From Laetmonice hystrix (lineage: Eukaryota), in the NCBI GenBank assembly GCA_965235115.1, contig OZ249452.1:19096001-19160000 (forward strand): a stretch of DNA of 64,000 nucleotides, written 5' to 3'. Shown in pieces: positions 59,658-64,000 of this stretch; position 1 is the first letter of the stretch, and each line of letters opens with the position of its first letter. The notes under the pieces were generated by a model. It had not been told where the DNA came from. It searched no databases and saw nothing but the letters and a program-made list of their open reading frames with translations. The translations under genes and the position numbers were made by a program.

Positions 59658-60410
59658 TCACCCCGCCCTGCCAGCTGACCTTCCGCCCCCCCCCACCCCG
59701 CCCCGCCCTGCCAGCTGACCTCCCCCCCCACCCCCGCCCCGCCCTGCCAGCTGACCTTCCGCCCCCCGCCCGCCCTGCCAGCCGCCCCGCCCTGCCAGCT
59801 GACCTTCCGCCCCCCGCCCCGCCCTGCCAGCTGACCTTCCGCCCCCCCCCCGCCCCGCCCTGCCAGCTGACCTTCCGCCCCCCCCCCACCCCGCCCTGCC
59901 AGCTGACCTCACCCCCACCCCCGCCCCGCCCTGCCAGCTGACCTTCCGCCCCCCGCCCCGCCCTGCCAGCCGCCCCGCCCTGCCAGCTGACCTTCCGCCC
60001 CCCGCCCCGCCCTGCCAGCCGCCCCGCCCTGCCAGCTGACCTTCCGCCTCCCCCCCGCCCTGCCAGCTGACCTTTCGCCCCCCGCCCCGCCCTGCCAGCC
60101 GCCCCGCCCTGCCAGCCGCCCCGCCCTGCCAGCTGACCTTCCGCCCCCCCCGCCCCGCCCTGCCAGCTGACCTTCCGCCCCCCCCACCCCGCCCTGCCAG
60201 CTGACCTCCCCCCCACCCCCGCCCCGCCCTGCCAGCTGACCTTCCGCCCCCCCCCCCCGCCCTGCCAGCTGACCTGCCGCCCCCCCCCCCCCCGCCCCGC
60301 CCTGCCAGCTGACCTGCCGCCCCCCCCGCCCGCCCTGCCAGCTGACCTGCCGCCCCCCCCCCCCCCCGCCCCGCCCTGCCAGCCGACCTCTCCCCCCCCC
60401 CCAGCCGACC
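59658..60410. repeat. GC-rich minisatellite (C-tract/GC-box array)
   Basis: Variable ~17-35-bp units CCGCCCCGCCCTGCCAGCTGACCTTCCGCCCC; the G-rich - strand is quadruplex-prone. Confidence 0.93.
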
Positions 60411-61606
60411 GTACTCTGTCACAGGTGGTAGCCCTGAGTTATATAAGATGGCGCCATTACATGACGGCTGGTAAGTGCGGGATGACGCCTATTGTGGCGC
60501 CTGGCGCTACACCATATGGCGCCAACTGTGAATAACTAGTTTAGATGCCATCAATGCTGAGAATGTCAAAGGCGAAATTGATGTTTACAAAGGGGATGCC
60601 ATTTGTCGGATAGGTTGATTGAAAACTGTAAAATAACTTGTTAAGTGTGGAATGGGGGCAGATTGTCATTTCAGGTGTGACAATAGTGCAAATGTGTTTC
60701 AATTCAAAACTTGCATTAAAGTTATTTGTCCACTTAGGAAGCAAGCATGCAGCGATATCTAAAGTTACGAAACCACATAGTTCAAAGAGCATTTCCCTCG
60801 GAAAACCAAGACTCCATTAGATGGCTTCCAAATTTTGTGATCGTAAGGATCCTATACATTTTATTTAATTACGTGAGCAGTTATCAATATCGTTAAATGA
60901 ATCAGCATAACAACGTGGAAATGACAGCGTTTCTGTGGAGTCTGTAACGGTTTCGTCTGACCCACCACGGATGACAACATCCTTGCCTTCATACATTGCC
61001 AGGGCCATGACCGTTACAATGAGTAATGTTATATTTAGATAAAAATGCGGGTATGTTTAGGGAGGAAGCGATAACCTATTCAAACCGGATGTGGGTACAA
61101 TGGGAACGCAGACCGCCCTGCCCTCTGGTGGGCGGATTTTGAACCCGAGGTGAGAGTGAAATGGTACTAAACGGGTAAAGGTTTTTGAGAGCAAAGTGTT
61201 TACTATTTCTAATGCCCTTCATAAAGGTCATCATGTAGTGTAGACATACAGGCAGAGTTGCAGACTCATGGAAAGCCCTGGGGAAAAAATCCGGTTCTCA
61301 TTACTGAAAAATCTTGGGACAGTCGGTAAGACGCCAGGAAACTTCTGGAAATTTCATGAAATGCTGTGATTTGTGAAAATGGTGCTTTGGTCTATAAAAA
61401 GTGTATTCGCGCCATGAGATATAAAAGTTGAAGTCTTAGAAAACTGCACTTTTATCTTGGAAAACGTATCTAATTTTGGTCTGCTCTCCGGTCCGAATGG
61501 AATACTTTAAACTGAGTGTGTTTAGTGGATGCGAGAAGGCTGGACCCGTCTGTGGCACAAACTGGCACTTGGAGTTCGGTCTGTGGAGTCTGTGGCACAA
61601 ACTGGC

Positions 61607-62285
61607 ACTTAGAGTTCGGTCTGTGGAACCTCTGTAGGAACTTGGAGTTCGGTATGTGGAACCTCTGTAAGAACTTGGAGTTCGTCGGTATGTGGAACCT
61701 CTGTAAGAACTTGGAGTTCGTCAGTATGTGGAACCTCTGTAAGAACTTGGAGTTCGTCGGTATGTGGAACCTCTGTAAGAACTTGGAGTTCGTCAGTATG
61801 TGGAACCTCTGTAAGAACTTGGAGTTCGTCGGTATGTGGAACCTCTGTAAGAACTTGGAGTTCGTCAGTATGTGGAACCTCTGTAAGAACTTGGAGTTCG
61901 GTATGTGGAACCTCTGTAAGAACTTGGAGTTCGGTCTGTAGAACCTCTGTAGGAACTTGGAGTTCGGTATGTGGAACCTCTGTAAGAACTTGGAGTTCGT
62001 CGGTATGTGGAACCTCTGTAAGAACTTGGAGTTCGTCAGTATGTGGAACCTCTGTAAGAACTTGGAGTTCGGTATGTGGAACCTCTGTAAGAACTTGGAG
62101 TTCGGTATGTGGAACCTCTGGAAGAACTTGGAGTTCGGTATGTGGAACCTCTGTAAGAACTTGGAGTTCGGTATGTGGAACCTCTGTAAGAACTTGGAGT
62201 TCGGTATGTGGAACCTCTGTAAGAACTTGGAGTTCGGTATGTGGAACCTCTGTAAGAACTTGGAGTTCGGTATGTGGAACCTCTG
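61607..62285. repeat. 33/36-bp minisatellite, ~20 copies
   Basis: Unit GAACTTGGAGTTC(GTC)GGTATGTGGAACCTCTGTAA. Confidence 0.95.
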
Positions 62286-62764
62286 GTGGACAGGCGGCCG
62301 TCTGCCTTGAAAAGAGACGTATGGAAATAGTCGTGCGTATGTGGGGGTTGGGGTGTGAATGGTGATGGGGGTGTGAGAGGGGGTGGGGTGTTTAATCAAG
62401 GGTAGGGATGACGGAGAGGGGAAGGGGGCTCATGGAGGGTTCAACCTGCCGGGGTATGGATCGAGGTTTCGATCAATAGAACGCGGCTAGGGGCTCAGCG
62501 TTTCTGACGTTGAATAATGGGGTTCGGCTAGGGCGTCAGGGGGGTGGGGGTGGTCATGAGGCTCAGGGGAGGGTTGGGGTGAAGGAGCAGGAGGCAGTGG
62601 GTGATGGAGAAAACTGGGGTGTCCATAGCGAGACCAATATCAAAGATTGTCGGGAGACTGTTTGGTTATTGCCAATGGAAACATTCCCATGATATTGGGG
62701 AGGGGGGGGGGTCAACGTTTGGGGTTAGGTATAATGATAGCTTTTTGGTTTTTGCCTCAGAATG

Positions 62765-62985
62765 GCTGGATGCGTAAAATCCAGGCCTCTGGATGGATGC
62801 GTAAAATCCAGGCCTCTGATTGGCTGGATCCGTAAAATCCAGGCTCTGATTGGCTGGATCCGTAAAATCCAGGCCTCTGATTGGCTGGATCCGTAAAATC
62901 CAGGCCTCTGATTGGCTGGATCCGAAAAATATCTAGGCCTATGATTCGCCATATCCGTAAAATCCAGGCCTCTGATTGGCTGGCA
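62765..62985. repeat. ~31-bp tandem repeat, ~6-7 copies
   Basis: Unit TGGCTGGATCCGTAAAATCCAGGCCTCTGAT, containing a reverse CCAAT box. Confidence 0.88.
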
Positions 62986-64000
62986 CCATGGCTCCGGTTT
63001 CAGAAAGGCTCTAAGCAGTAAGCTTAAAGCTAAGCAGGACTACGGTGGCCCAGGAGGACACAGCCACTTTAACTTTCTATATTGATTTTCATTGATTTTC
63101 ACGGTAGTGGAAATTTACCGTAAGCCGGGGTCTGGTCACGATTGAGAGGGGGGGGGGGCCCTCCACCTACTTGGCCTGGTCCCCAGCTCTATATTGACTT
63201 CGTATATAGAGCCTGGTGAAGGCCAGTCGAAGCAAGCGTTGTGATTTGCCCATCGAAAACATGGACGCAAACGAGGTATAGTTCCGTACCCTCCGTATTT
63301 CTCCAACAAGATACAAATATTTTCGTCAATCCCTTTAAAATACAAGTGTTAAATGTCCTCGCTTTTCTGGATGTAAACATAGCGTCACCAGTCCCGACAC
63401 CTGCTACGGTCTGCATACGCAGCAGCATGTTGGCCACTCCCGGCCACGCTCCAAGCAGAAGTCAATCACTCTGTTAACGCTGACCAACGGAACGGAGGCG
63501 GAAGTGATTAGCTCCGAGGCGGAAGTGCTTGCAGATAACCACTTCCGTTTTACAGCTTTCTGTTAGCCATCACCTGGCCTAACATAGCGGATGCGTATGG
63601 TAGGCACAGGGGACCAGGCTATCCGCCTACTGAACGCCTTGTACCCCTCAACCAATCAGCATCGAGACAGCTGACCAAGTCACTCTACATTGAGCCGGTT
63701 GATTCAAATAGCACATAATTACTTTGACGACATCTGCTTAATGTTCGTCGAGTTTCACTTTAAATGTGTGCGGGTTATGGAATGTTCAATATTATAAATA
63801 TTACAAATGCAAACATTATAATATTGAGAAGTACAATAGTTCCGGCTGGGTTGTTGCAAGTAGATAGTGATAGAAATGGTGGCAGTGTGGTACAGGCCTG
63901 TATAGGTACGCTTTTCACTGCCAGTATTTTTACTGCTACTGGTTCCATGTGAACTTGTTTAATTTATACAACTGTCTCTGGGATATTTGTCTGTCCAGTA

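Noticed and set aside
59614-60422. Gly/Arg-rich 200-254 aa ORFs
   Set aside because: All three - frames are open because the G-rich repeat lacks stops; unit lengths are not frame-preserving.
61470-62399. 309-aa ORF (FLQRFHIPNSK)n, the longest in the track
   Set aside because: 33/36-bp minisatellite with a TTG start, open on both strands, and no splice or domain support.

Overview
Eukaryotic (spliceosomal GT-AG introns), repeat-rich genomic DNA, most consistent with a bilaterian invertebrate; the taxon cannot be fixed from sequence alone. Three spliced protein-coding genes can be reconstructed by hand. (1) The 3' part of alpha-catulin (CTNNAL1; + strand, 10 phase-0 exons, 4926-15790; upstream exons lie before the window). 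(2) A complete 649-aa divergent DNA primase large-subunit (PRIM2/PriL-like) gene (- strand, 5 coding exons, 23374-26441) that keeps all four Fe-S cysteines but has a ~200-aa insertion in the C-terminal domain. (3) A - strand gene (29157-31620, 5' end unresolved) encoding two tandem death domains, a Pro/Gln/Glu-rich linker and a C-terminal hydrophobic helix, i.e. a candidate tail-anchored signalling adaptor. From ~36 kb to 64 kb no known protein could be recognised. That region has several CpG-rich promoter-like islands, orphan splice signals, a textbook AG|GTAAGT recursive-splice-like site and a possible signal-peptide exon. The rest is many minisatellite arrays (two duplicate exon acceptor sites of alpha-catulin), MITEs of several superfamilies, tRNA-derived SINEs and one LINE 3' fragment. 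No CRISPR array, rRNA or bona fide tRNA gene was found.
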